A stretch of DNA of 64,000 bases from Bacteroidota bacterium (GTDB lineage: Bacteria > Bacteroidota > Bacteroidia > Palsa-965): NCBI GenBank assembly GCA_013298545.1, contig JAAFIA010000010.1:5789-69788 (forward strand). Direction: 5' to 3'. The notes beneath the pieces are model-generated. The model was given only the letters and a program-made list of their open reading frames with translations, had not been told where the DNA came from and ran no database searches. The position numbers were made by a program, and so were the translations under genes. This document shows, in pieces, positions 1 through 8,619 of this stretch (its first letter is position 1; every line of letters starts with the position of its first letter).

Positions 1-549
1 TGATTTGTTTTCCTTGCTTACTTGAATGGGTGGGCCACCGCGAATTTTGGAAATGGTCGCCGCGTTTTTTTCAATGCCTATACGGTAGTGTTCGCGGTTA
101 TCCCCGTTTGCTTCGCTGATATAGGGCGAAAGGGAAATACTTTTAGCGTAGGCGTTGACATCATTGGAAAGGGCCGCACTAGATTTGTATTTGCTCGAAA
201 TTAACCGTGCATGATCGGCAAAGCCATCGGCAGCATTTTTATACTTGCGAAACTTCAGCCCTGAAGATTTAGAGGTATAGGACTGACCGTCCCAAAACGT
301 ATTTGGATTTCCCCCTGCTGTAATGCCGAAAAAATTAAAAATGTTCTTTGCCATGTACGATGTACCCCACCCGCTTTCTAGTGCGGCCTGGGCCATGATT
401 ACAAGCGGATTTAGGCCGAACTGCTTTGCAGCAATTTCGGCCTGTGGATAATAGGTATGTACAAAATTCTGTTGATCGCTTGCGGTGATTCCCGCCAAGC
501 CTATGGCCTCATGTGTGCCAAGTAGTGAAACTCGTTGCTCGTCTTCCAT
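1..549 (-). CDS. GH73 (FlgJ/glucosaminidase-type) peptidoglycan hydrolase, 3'-truncated by the window edge
   Basis: Hand translation from ATG 549: MEDEQRVSLLGTHEAIGLAGITASDQQNFVHTYYPQAEIAAKQFGLNPLVIMAQAALESGWGTSYMAKNIFNFFGITAG...KFRKYKNAADGFADHARLI. AQAALESGWG, NFFGI and FRKY are GH73 motifs. The frame is open to base 1. Absent from the ORF track. Confidence 0.9.
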   Translation of the reverse strand, partial: MEDEQRVSLLGTHEAIGLAGITASDQQNFVHTYYPQAEIAAKQFGLNPLVIMAQAALESGWGTSYMAKNIFNFFGITAGGNPNTFWDGQSYTSKSSGLKFRKYKNAADGFADHARLISSKYKSSAALSNDVNAYAKSISLSPYISEANGDNREHYRIGIEKNAATISKIRGGPPIQVSKENKS

Positions 550-580
550 CCCCTCAGTTTTTTAGTTGGTGAATTTTAAT

Positions 581-973
581 TCAATTCCATTCCATTGGAT
601 AGCCCCATATTGGCGCGTGTGTTCGTAATTCAAACGCATTAAAATTTGTATGATGCAAAACGATGTTGTAATTATTTAAAAAAGTTACCGCTTCGGTCAT
701 GCTATACGGGTCGAAGGTCAAGCACTTGTATTTATGAACTAAGGCTAAATCAATGCGTTCTTTTGAGGTAATTACATGGGCGATCAACTGCGTAAATCCA
801 TCGCGATCATATAAACTTTTTGTACTAGTGTCGGTAAACTTGGCCACGATGTCGATAGAATGTAAATCGCAAAACTGTTTGATGGCTTTGTATTGTTCTA
901 CAAGTTCTTCGGCCTTGTTTTCATCATCGACACATAAATAAATTACGGCACGGTACTTCATGTTGATTCTCAT
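581..973 (-). CDS. Serine recombinase (resolvase) catalytic-domain homologue, apparently inactive
   Basis: RAVIYLCVD...EQYKAIKQFC...IVAKFTD...DRDGFTQLI...IDLALVHKYKCL follows the resolvase pattern, but YxRVS is YLCVD and DRLxR is KCLTF. No DNA-binding domain follows. Confidence 0.7.
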   Translation of the reverse strand: MRINMKYRAVIYLCVDDENKAEELVEQYKAIKQFCDLHSIDIVAKFTDTSTKSLYDRDGFTQLIAHVITSKERIDLALVHKYKCLTFDPYSMTEAVTFLNNYNIVLHHTNFNAFELRTHAPIWGYPMEWN

Positions 974-991
974 AGGGCATAAGTATTAAAA

Positions 992-1957
992 TTAGTTTAT
1001 TGCTAATTGTTCTTTTAAATGCTTGGGTAAGACTAAAAACACATCTTTGGCCTTGCACCAGTATCTATTTCCATCGGGTGCAAGAAAGCACACAAACAAG
1101 CCCTTTAACGTATTGACACAACCAAGCGGAAAACCAAGTAGCACCCGATCCCTCATGTGTGTAATGGGTTTTAACTGGTCATCCAAAATATAGGTTGCTT
1201 TGCGTGTAGCAATTTGCGGCTGCTCTTGCTCAATGCCTGAGAGTTGGGCGTGCATGAATTTTTCGCCCCTTTTTCTACGCACGTCCATTTGTTTTGGGTT
1301 GATAAATTCAACTTGCGATTTTGCTACCCAAACCTTGCGTTTGTGCTTTTCAAAAACCGTTTCTACTTCAACAAATATTACGTCTTTGCCCACATCCGTT
1401 TTAGCATTTCCGGTGGTCAATCCAATAAGCCGCGAATGTGGAACGGTTTTAATAATATTAGAAATCTCAAACAGACTGGTTTTGTTTGGGGTGCTTCGGA
1501 TATTGGTTTCATTGTTGGTCAAGACCCAATCTAATTTGGGTACACCGTCGCGTTCAACAGCATAGTTTACACTTGAATCTGTTGAAACACGAGCCATAGC
1601 ATAAAACGCATTTAATACCGATGGCTGCAATTTTTTCAAATCCTCATTGAGCGAACGGCCATAACGTGCGTTATAGGAATCTACAACAGCTTGAAAATTG
1701 GTTATTTCCTTGCCTATGTTTATCAGAGCTTGTGTATCTGTTGCATCCAGTAAAAACAGACTTTGAAACCCTACACGGTTTAAGGTGTTATAGATTCTAA
1801 CGGCTTGGCTGTTAGCCTGATCTTCGGTAAAGGTTTTATCCTCTTTTTGCTGTCTTCCAGTATCTCTTTTTTTGCCAAAGAAACGCCACAAGAAAATACC
1901 ACCACCAACCAGTAAACCGTATTTTAATAATTGTCCGATAAGTGCTACCTGTAACAT
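992..1957 (-). CDS. Membrane-anchored hypothetical protein with a helical segment and SH3b-like region(s)
   Basis: N-terminal TM (LLKYGLLVGGGIFLWRFF) followed by a basic stop-transfer stretch. FQAVVDSYNARYGRSLNEDL resembles an annexin-repeat helix. TNIRSTP...VWVAKSQV resembles SH3b. Confidence 0.55.
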   Translation of the reverse strand: MLQVALIGQLLKYGLLVGGGIFLWRFFGKKRDTGRQQKEDKTFTEDQANSQAVRIYNTLNRVGFQSLFLLDATDTQALINIGKEITNFQAVVDSYNARYGRSLNEDLKKLQPSVLNAFYAMARVSTDSSVNYAVERDGVPKLDWVLTNNETNIRSTPNKTSLFEISNIIKTVPHSRLIGLTTGNAKTDVGKDVIFVEVETVFEKHKRKVWVAKSQVEFINPKQMDVRRKRGEKFMHAQLSGIEQEQPQIATRKATYILDDQLKPITHMRDRVLLGFPLGCVNTLKGLFVCFLAPDGNRYWCKAKDVFLVLPKHLKEQLAIN

Positions 1958-1958
1958 T

Positions 1959-2144
1959 TTAAAGTAGGTGTTTGTAAGCCTTTGCTTTCGCTACAAGGCT
2001 AGGTTTTTCTTTTATGATTTGTGCTAGGCTTATCGTATCTGCATTACCAAGCATATTGTAAATGGTTTGTAATGCTTGAGCGATGGCGGCGGCTTCGTTC
2101 TCGTCCTTTGCCTGTACGCCGGAGATTTCTAAATTGAAGTCCAT
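1959..2144 (-). CDS. Small hypothetical protein (61 aa, probable start ATG 2144)
   Basis: MDFNLEISGVQAKDENEAAAIAQAL...; A-rich upstream sequence; stop abuts the start of the next gene at 1957. Confidence 0.65.
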   Translation of the reverse strand: MDFNLEISGVQAKDENEAAAIAQALQTIYNMLGNADTISLAQIIKEKPSLVAKAKAYKHLL

Positions 2145-2210
2145 ATTTTTTAGTTTTTGTCTGTTTTCAAATCGTTTGTTTTGGCTTTTTTGCACACATC
2201 ACATTTACAG

Positions 2211-3557
2211 TCATCCGTCGGCCTCAAAATCGGTATCATCTTCAAAAGGGTTTTCTGCCGTTTCTTGTTCAGGGTTGTCTGTTAGTTCCTGTTCAATATC
2301 GTCTGTTTCTTGAGTTTCGGGGTCTTGTGGTGCATCGTATTCAGGTGGGTAATTTTCCGAATTGGTTTGTACAGGTTGGGGGGCTTGCGTTTTGGGGGCT
2401 TGCGCCTGTGGGGTGGGGTTTGCTTGTTTTACCGTTTGGGCGGTTTTTTGTTGCGCTTGATTCGTAACTGGTGCGTTTTGTTGTACCACTTTCAAAACGG
2501 GTTTATTAGTCGGTGCGCCGCTCACGTTTTGCGCCGGTGTGTTTTTTTCAACATAGTTAAAAATCGCTGCCGCTCCTTTTGGGTTTGTTTGCAAAAAGTA
2601 AAGCAGTCCATGTATCTGTAAATAGTTTTGGAAAGGCAAAGACTTTAACGAGGCACAGACCTGATCTGCCGCCTCAAACTGTTTACGCTGCTCCTCACTC
2701 GTGTATGTGGGTTTAGGCGTAGAACTTCCAACCTTTACACTTGCGTTTGCTTTTTGCTCTACGGGTTGGTTTTGTTCGTCTGTTGGCGTTGGTACGTTGA
2801 TAATACCCGCTAACTGCTCATCATTCAAATTAAACGCGGCTTTTAGCAGTTTGGGATTACGTTTGACGAATGATTCCAACCAGTACGATCCCACTTCTAC
2901 CAAATTCACCCCGCCAACACTTCCAAACTGCGGTCGTTGTTTGATTTCCTTTTCGAGTTTTTCAATATACTCGTCCCTATCGCTGATTTCTTCTTTTAGG
3001 TTTTTAATTTCTTTGTCTTTATCCTCTAGCCGAATTTCTTTAATAGCAATATCCATACGGGCGGCGTATTGCTGTGTAAGTAGATCAATGTGCTGCTTGT
3101 TTTTCGCTTCGGTCAGTTTCAATAGTTCTTCGCTATTGCTCGTGTTATTGAAGGGAAGTTGAAAAGGCTTTTGTAAATAGTGTTGTTCAGGCCCTGCAAA
3201 ATAATTTCCGCTCATGGGTTGGGAGTTTTCAAATACTCCTGCAAATCCTTGTACTTGGGTTTGGCTAAAGGCATCTTCGCCAAGTTCAATATAAAAATTG
3301 GCCTCTGAATCTTTTACCTTACGCGAATAGCCGCGATATACTTCAATGGTCAATGCCTGTGGACGGTGTGTACGAATAACGTGTGTAATGTCGTTTTGAA
3401 AACTAGAAACGCCCATCTTACGCGAAATCACACAAACAGAGTTTCCATGTTTTTCGAGTGAAACGGAATAGTAAGAAGGCAAGCCCCTTGCCTCACGTTC
3501 GCGCATCAATTGCGCGATGTCGTCCAATTGTTTAACGGCGGCTTGTTGCTGATTCAT
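2211..3557 (-). CDS. Hypothetical protein with central coiled coil and P/Q-rich, acidic disordered C-terminus
   Basis: 448-aa ORF; IKEIRLEDKDKEIKNLKEEISDRDEYIEKLEKEIK coiled coil; acidic tail; overlaps the upstream gene. Confidence 0.8.
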   Translation of the reverse strand: MNQQQAAVKQLDDIAQLMREREARGLPSYYSVSLEKHGNSVCVISRKMGVSSFQNDITHVIRTHRPQALTIEVYRGYSRKVKDSEANFYIELGEDAFSQTQVQGFAGVFENSQPMSGNYFAGPEQHYLQKPFQLPFNNTSNSEELLKLTEAKNKQHIDLLTQQYAARMDIAIKEIRLEDKDKEIKNLKEEISDRDEYIEKLEKEIKQRPQFGSVGGVNLVEVGSYWLESFVKRNPKLLKAAFNLNDEQLAGIINVPTPTDEQNQPVEQKANASVKVGSSTPKPTYTSEEQRKQFEAADQVCASLKSLPFQNYLQIHGLLYFLQTNPKGAAAIFNYVEKNTPAQNVSGAPTNKPVLKVVQQNAPVTNQAQQKTAQTVKQANPTPQAQAPKTQAPQPVQTNSENYPPEYDAPQDPETQETDDIEQELTDNPEQETAENPFEDDTDFEADG

Positions 3558-3894
3558 GGCAAAGTATTGTTTTTGTTGTGCTTTGAATATGTATCCGTAC
3601 TAAACGGATCAGTTGGGGTGTATCAAATCCTGTTGCAGTCCGGTAAGAGATTAGCCCTGAAAATTCAGGTGTTGGATTTTCCGCTTGGCCGCGATCTGAG
3701 CCGATATAAAAACTGGTATCGCTTTCAATTTCGATGCTTGAAGGATTCCCCACCAAATACACAAAACCATTATCCACACGAAAACTTTTTGCAGTCGGTT
3801 CTACATACAAACTCATCGGCTCGTAATAAAAACTCAAAACGCCCATCTGCTGCATTCGCTTGTTTAAAAATTCGATCCAAAAATTTTCGTTCAT
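3532..3894 (-). CDS. Small beta-rich hypothetical protein (candidate virion structural protein)
   Basis: 120-aa ORF in the operon; alternating hydrophobic beta-strand pattern. Confidence 0.6.
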   Translation of the reverse strand: MNENFWIEFLNKRMQQMGVLSFYYEPMSLYVEPTAKSFRVDNGFVYLVGNPSSIEIESDTSFYIGSDRGQAENPTPEFSGLISYRTATGFDTPQLIRLVRIHIQSTTKTILCHESATSRR

Positions 3895-3900
3895 ACTTTT

Positions 3901-4060
3901 TTGAATTAGTGAATTAGTGAATTGGTGAATTGGTGAATTGGTGAATTGGTGAATTATTGAGTTGGTGAGTTGGTGAATTGGTAAATTTTTTAATTGGTAA
4001 ATTTTTTTAATTCGCTAATTCACCAACTTTCTAATTCACTAATTTTCTAATTCGCCAACT
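3901..4060. repeat. Degenerate 8-bp tandem array (GAATTGGT/GAATTAGT)n followed by the inverted (ACCAATTC)n arm
   Basis: gaattagt gaattagt gaattggt x4 gaattatt gagttggt gagttggt gaattggt ... gctaattc accaactt tctaattc actaattt tctaattc gccaactt. Confidence 0.9.
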
Positions 4061-4422
4061 TTTAAAACTCGTAGGTATATTTTTACTTTGTGTGTGATGG
4101 ATGCAAAGCCGCTTTTGTCTTGATAATAGCCGCTCAGTAAACAGGCAGGGGTTGTATGTTCGTCCAGCTTTATGTAACTAATTTTTTTCTTTGGTAGCCC
4201 GCTAAAGGCCCGAGCTTGAAAACGTGTTAAGGGTGCGCTCGTACCTTCTGAAAACTTTACGCATAATTCACCGCGTAAAGGGGCTATTTGTGCAATGGAA
4301 ATATAAATCCCAATCACACGGCAAACCTCTAAGGGTAAGCGAAATTCAAAGGCTTTAAAGCCATTGCGGACGGCCTCGATTTCATAAATTAAATAGCCTT
4401 GTGTTTGCTTGCAGGTTTTCAT
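4039..4422 (-). CDS. Small beta-rich hypothetical protein (candidate minor capsid/jelly-roll protein)
   Basis: 127 aa; ends HKVKIYLRV, similar to YTAVIYLRL at the end of the upstream gene; coupled to it by a TAATG overlap at 4422. Confidence 0.65.
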   Translation of the reverse strand: MKTCKQTQGYLIYEIEAVRNGFKAFEFRLPLEVCRVIGIYISIAQIAPLRGELCVKFSEGTSAPLTRFQARAFSGLPKKKISYIKLDEHTTPACLLSGYYQDKSGFASITHKVKIYLRVLKVGELEN

Positions 4423-4781
4423 TATGCGGATAGTCTTAAATAAATTACTGCGGTATAGGGGTAACTAACTGCTAGTCCTGAATCACGGTAAAGCGTTTTA
4501 AATTTCAATCCTGCCGCTTGGTTATCCAGTTCGTAATACAATTCGTCAACTGGTACGCCCAAATCAGCAGTTAGCATCCGAACCTCATACCCATCAGGGA
4601 AAATTTCGGTACTGCCGATTGTAACCTTTGAAAGTGTCGAGTTTGCAGCCTCTTTGACTACGTTAATAAAAACACCTGTCAAACGTGCAAAAAGTTTATC
4701 CGTTTCAACTTCAATTTGTACTTGCTCGTTTGCAAATTGAATCGTTACCGGAACGGGTTGATATTTGATATTACCGACCAT
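4422..4781 (-). CDS. Small beta-rich hypothetical protein (candidate minor capsid/jelly-roll protein)
   Basis: 119 aa with an all-beta-like pattern (KYQPVPVTI, RLTGVFI, YTAVIYLRL). Confidence 0.7.
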   Translation of the reverse strand: MVGNIKYQPVPVTIQFANEQVQIEVETDKLFARLTGVFINVVKEAANSTLSKVTIGSTEIFPDGYEVRMLTADLGVPVDELYYELDNQAAGLKFKTLYRDSGLAVSYPYTAVIYLRLSA

Positions 4782-4796
4782 TGTTTTTGATTTTTA

Positions 4797-4958
4797 GAAT
4801 TGATAAATTTTTGAATTGGTGAATTGGTGAATGAATTAGTGAATTTTTGAATTAGTGAATTACTGAGTTAGTGAATTGATAAATTTTTAATTCACCAACT
4901 TGCCAATTCACTAATTCGCCAATTTTCCAATTCGCCAACTTTCCAATTCACCAATTTT
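4797..4958. repeat. Second inverted 8-bp repeat array (GAATTGGT)n/(ACCAATTC)n
   Basis: Same unit as 3901-4060, with about 10 units on the left arm and about 8 on the right. Confidence 0.9.
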
Positions 4959-5086
4959 CATTTCGCTCTGTTTCTCTTTCTGTTTCTTCGCTCTAAAAGG
5001 TGGGGGCGGGCGGCGCAAAAACTACGCTGATCCACATCTCAAATCCATATCCACCGACTTCCGCCCCCGTTTCCCTTTGTCCTTGT

Positions 5087-5797
5087 TTAGAATGGAATTA
5101 CGGATGTTCCGATAAACGTAACACGCATCCAACAAACCGTCGCAGCAGCAGCCGTCGCAAATTTGAACGGCATTTTAATCTCTACTTGCGGTTCAATTAC
5201 TTTTGCATTTTCCAACTTGAAACTGCAAACCTCTACGTCTTGACGGTCGCGGGTATTGAAAATTTCCGCGTCGATTTGCGGCAAAATTTTCTTGCCCCCC
5301 GCTTCGAGTTCAAAATCACCGTTGCGGATAAAGGGCGGGATTAAATAAAAATCTGCCGCTTCTTTTGTTGGGCTTACGGCATAGGCCGTTTTCAATCCTG
5401 CAAGCAAAAACCAGTTATCCTTTTCCAGTTTTGAATTGGCAATACTCGCCAACCCCGTCGCTTTCTGATCAGTACCGATAAACATATCAATACTCGATTT
5501 GCTTGTTACTTCTTTCACCACATAAAAGCGTTGATCGACTAACTGCAAACGTTTTTTTAATAGTCCCATCCGCACATCTTCGGGCAATTGCCCAAAACGC
5601 ATTTCCATTTCATAACGGCTTCCGCGTTGCAGGGTGATCGTTTGACCTTGCAAGAGTTTTTTAGCGGCCTTGTACCGCTTGGCAGGGGGCAATTTTTTAA
5701 TTGCGCCCAAAAGTGAATTAAACGTGTCTGTTTCGATACCGAACAATTCTCCAACGTTTCCAAACTCACCGTCCAACAACATTTCTACTTCATTCAT
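5087..5797 (-). CDS. Candidate major capsid protein (jelly-roll-like), 236 aa
   Basis: Helical N-terminal arm, then a beta-strand-rich domain (FYVVK, IDMF, WFLLAGLK, NGDFELEAGGKKI, FKLENAKVIEPQVEIKMPF, WMRVTFIG). Central position in the virus-like operon. The fold is inferred. Confidence 0.45.
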   Translation of the reverse strand: MNEVEMLLDGEFGNVGELFGIETDTFNSLLGAIKKLPPAKRYKAAKKLLQGQTITLQRGSRYEMEMRFGQLPEDVRMGLLKKRLQLVDQRFYVVKEVTSKSSIDMFIGTDQKATGLASIANSKLEKDNWFLLAGLKTAYAVSPTKEAADFYLIPPFIRNGDFELEAGGKKILPQIDAEIFNTRDRQDVEVCSFKLENAKVIEPQVEIKMPFKFATAAAATVCWMRVTFIGTSVIPF

Positions 5798-5829
5798 CGT
5801 TTTCGGTTTTTTTAAATTTGTTTAATTTT

Positions 5830-5979
5830 TTGAATTGGCGAATTTTTGAATTTTTGAGTTAGTGAATTTTAGAATTGGTGATTTAGTGATTGGGTGAATT
5901 GGTGATTTTTAATTCACCAACTGTCCAATTCACTAATTTTTTAATTCACCAATTCACTAATTTTCCAATTCACCAATTC
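5830..5979. repeat. Third inverted 8-bp repeat array
   Basis: gaattggc gaattttt ... gaattggt ... aattcaccaa ctgtccaatt cactaatt ... caccaattc. Confidence 0.9.
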
Positions 5980-5983
5980 GTTC

Positions 5984-6511
5984 CTAGATAATGTCAGCCG
6001 TCGATTCTTCTTCTACTTCGTTCCCTGCGAAGGAATTTTCCGAATAAGCATAGTTAGCTGAATTTGATCCTTGCGGGTCTTGCAGGTTTACATCAACTGC
6101 GGGGGCGGCATCAATACTGTAATGCGCCTGTCCGTTTTGGATGCCTACCAGTCCCAAGTCGATTACTTCCAAATTATTGGTTTGGGTTGAACCAAGACCG
6201 GAAAAAAACTGGTCAACTGCCGGAATCAATCGTGCGCCGGACATAAAACCCGATGCAGCAACGCCATAGCCGACCATTTTGATTTTTGGATTATCGTTCA
6301 GCGAAGAAATCACCACGCCCGCCGCCACTTGTACGGCTGCTTTAATCGGGCCGATATACTGCTTTGCTGTTGGCAGGTAGTTATCTACTGCCTTTTCAAT
6401 CAAACGATCCAAAAGCGATGCACCAAGCAACCCACCTGCTACACAAGCCGAGTTTACAAACTCGTCCTTCATCCTCACGAGCGTTAAACGCTCTTTCCAA
6501 TTTGCTTTCAT
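5984..6511 (-). CDS. Membrane-associated hypothetical protein (candidate virion membrane protein)
   Basis: 175 aa with three Gly/Ala-rich hydrophobic helices and an acidic C-terminal tail containing FSGLG and FAGN. Confidence 0.7.
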   Translation of the reverse strand: MKANWKERLTLVRMKDEFVNSACVAGGLLGASLLDRLIEKAVDNYLPTAKQYIGPIKAAVQVAAGVVISSLNDNPKIKMVGYGVAASGFMSGARLIPAVDQFFSGLGSTQTNNLEVIDLGLVGIQNGQAHYSIDAAPAVDVNLQDPQGSNSANYAYSENSFAGNEVEEESTADII

Positions 6512-6588
6512 TGCTTGTTTTTGTTTTTAACTGCTTCCGCTTATCTTTTGCACGGGTGCGGAAATTAACCCTGCTTTTTTTATCCCGC

Positions 6589-8610
6589 CTAGAGATAAAG
6601 TGTTTTCGTTTTGCCGTTTTTAGTTTTTGGTTTGGATTTGCTTTTCGGTGTGTGGTTTTTTTTACGCGGTTTGGCAGACCCCGTTTTTGTTCCCACCAGT
6701 CGAAAAGGTTCTGGTTTTATTTTTTTTGTTTTGACAACCTTACGCGGTTTAGGCGTGGGCTTTTTTGTTTGTTTGGGTTTGGGCTTTGCAGTAGGTTTCT
6801 TTTTTGCGCTTGGTGCTGTTTTTGTTTTTCGCGTTGTACTTGCGCTCTGTTTCTGTTTCTTGTTTCTGTTTCTTTTAATCGTACCCAATCCCGAAATCCC
6901 TGATAGTTTTTCTTTGCCGCTACTCATCAAAAGCAAACCGCCACTTACAAGAAGAGCCGCCGGAACTGCCCACGCGGGTAAGCCTGTTTCTTCGTTTGGC
7001 GGTGGTGGTGGTGGATTTTCACCCGCCCCCTGTCCATCGTTTATAAGTTTTTCGTTTTGCTTTGGTGTTTTTTCGTTTTGATCGCTTGCGCCCGATTTTT
7101 TCAAAAGTCGTGAAGGATTTACCTTACTGAGTAATTTTTTTACGTTGACTTTCGAGGCAAAGGCTTTTAGTTTGGCTAAAAAGGGAACACTCGCCGCCGT
7201 TGTCGTGGCTGCGCTCACGGGTTCAACCACACCAAAAGAAATACCATTTAAGCCACCCGCTCGACCGCTTAAAATCGTATGCCGGAACGTTTCAGGGCTT
7301 CCCTGCAAGACACGCACAAAAATGTGTTCTGCTTCGCTTAATGCGTGTTTGGCTTTGGTATATTCTTCCGTATCGAAACCCTGACTGGCGGCCTGATCGG
7401 GCGACAAATAACCCCATTTCAACGTTTCTGCAATCTGAAACAGGTTTGTTTTCATGGCAAGCAAAACACCCGCACGGGCGGCAACCGTTAAAGGATTATA
7501 CTTTACTAAGGCTTGCCCTGCATCCTTCACGTTCTCTTTTTGATTTTGAACGGCTTCTTTTACACGATCAAAAAATTTACGCTGCCATGCCACACGACCC
7601 AAGCCAACAACAACGCCCGATAAGTCGGTTTGATAATCCAAGATTATCGTTTCTTCTGAGCCGCTACCAAGTAATCCGTTTATGCGTGTTTCTTGTTCGC
7701 TCAGTCGGCGTAAGGCTTCGTCCCGTTGTGGGGTATGCCAATGCTTTAAGGCGTAGTCGATTAGTTTAAGAAAGGTTTCAGGGTGTTCAACTTCGCGGAT
7801 CAGTTCGGGATTGCTTTGTACCAGTTCCCGCGTTTTTACTAAATGGTTGTAAATGGCATCCGGTGTGTCCGTGCTGCCAATCCCCGCAAAATCCGACCCG
7901 CTCACTAAATCAAGGAGCGGCGAAGATTCGCCAACACCTGAAAGTATGGCTATATCAATACCCGATAAATTTGTTTTGCTTGCCATGTTTCTATTTTTTT
8001 CTTGTGTATAAAATGTTCTTTGGTAGTTCTTATCTTGTTTTACTGAAATCGGAAAATCTCGAATTTCAGCAGGTGGTTTTTCGCTATCGAAATAATCTAA
8101 CACACAGTCCAGAATTATATCGCGTTCTCCATCGTGCGCGATAACGTAGATATGTTGAAAGTGTTCTACGCCCTCATACCGTGCAATGCGTAAACGATGG
8201 GGGATGCCAAGCACAGACAAGCAGCAGGAAAGAGTAATAGAAAAATCGTCGCAATCAATTCCGTAACCTGCTAAATTTCCTTCCCAATAGCTGCGGGCAG
8301 GTGTGCGTAACTGCTCACGTCCTTTTATATCTTCTAAATAATTGCAACGCGAATACCAAAAGTTCCAAAGGTTGCGGCACGTTTGATAAATTGTTTTTGC
8401 TCGCTGTGTGGGTGCAAATTGATTGACTTGATACTGATAGGTTTTTATTACGCCAAATATTTTCTCAATCACTATATCCAAATCCCCATTGGGACGGATA
8501 ATTGTTTCCTTCCAATCGCATGGCTCAAATAAGCGATCATAGCGTGTACTTTTTATTACGCGCTTTTCGGTGGTGGACACCAAACCCAAATTTCCCAACT
8601 TCACTTCCAT
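6589..8610 (-). CDS. Transglutaminase-like (Cys-His-Asp) enzyme fused to a helical region, a TM helix and a Lys-rich basic tail
   Basis: GIDCDDFSITLSCCLSVLGIPHRLRIA...FQHIYVIA...IILDCV gives the Cys/His/Asp triad order of the transglutaminase-like superfamily. PPPPP linker, TM AWAVPAALLVSGGLLLM, then a K/P/T-rich tail. Confidence 0.85.
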   Translation of the reverse strand: MEVKLGNLGLVSTTEKRVIKSTRYDRLFEPCDWKETIIRPNGDLDIVIEKIFGVIKTYQYQVNQFAPTQRAKTIYQTCRNLWNFWYSRCNYLEDIKGREQLRTPARSYWEGNLAGYGIDCDDFSITLSCCLSVLGIPHRLRIARYEGVEHFQHIYVIAHDGERDIILDCVLDYFDSEKPPAEIRDFPISVKQDKNYQRTFYTQEKNRNMASKTNLSGIDIAILSGVGESSPLLDLVSGSDFAGIGSTDTPDAIYNHLVKTRELVQSNPELIREVEHPETFLKLIDYALKHWHTPQRDEALRRLSEQETRINGLLGSGSEETIILDYQTDLSGVVVGLGRVAWQRKFFDRVKEAVQNQKENVKDAGQALVKYNPLTVAARAGVLLAMKTNLFQIAETLKWGYLSPDQAASQGFDTEEYTKAKHALSEAEHIFVRVLQGSPETFRHTILSGRAGGLNGISFGVVEPVSAATTTAASVPFLAKLKAFASKVNVKKLLSKVNPSRLLKKSGASDQNEKTPKQNEKLINDGQGAGENPPPPPPNEETGLPAWAVPAALLVSGGLLLMSSGKEKLSGISGLGTIKRNRNKKQKQSASTTRKTKTAPSAKKKPTAKPKPKQTKKPTPKPRKVVKTKKIKPEPFRLVGTKTGSAKPRKKNHTPKSKSKPKTKNGKTKTLYL

Positions 8611-8619
8611 CGCTTTTTT

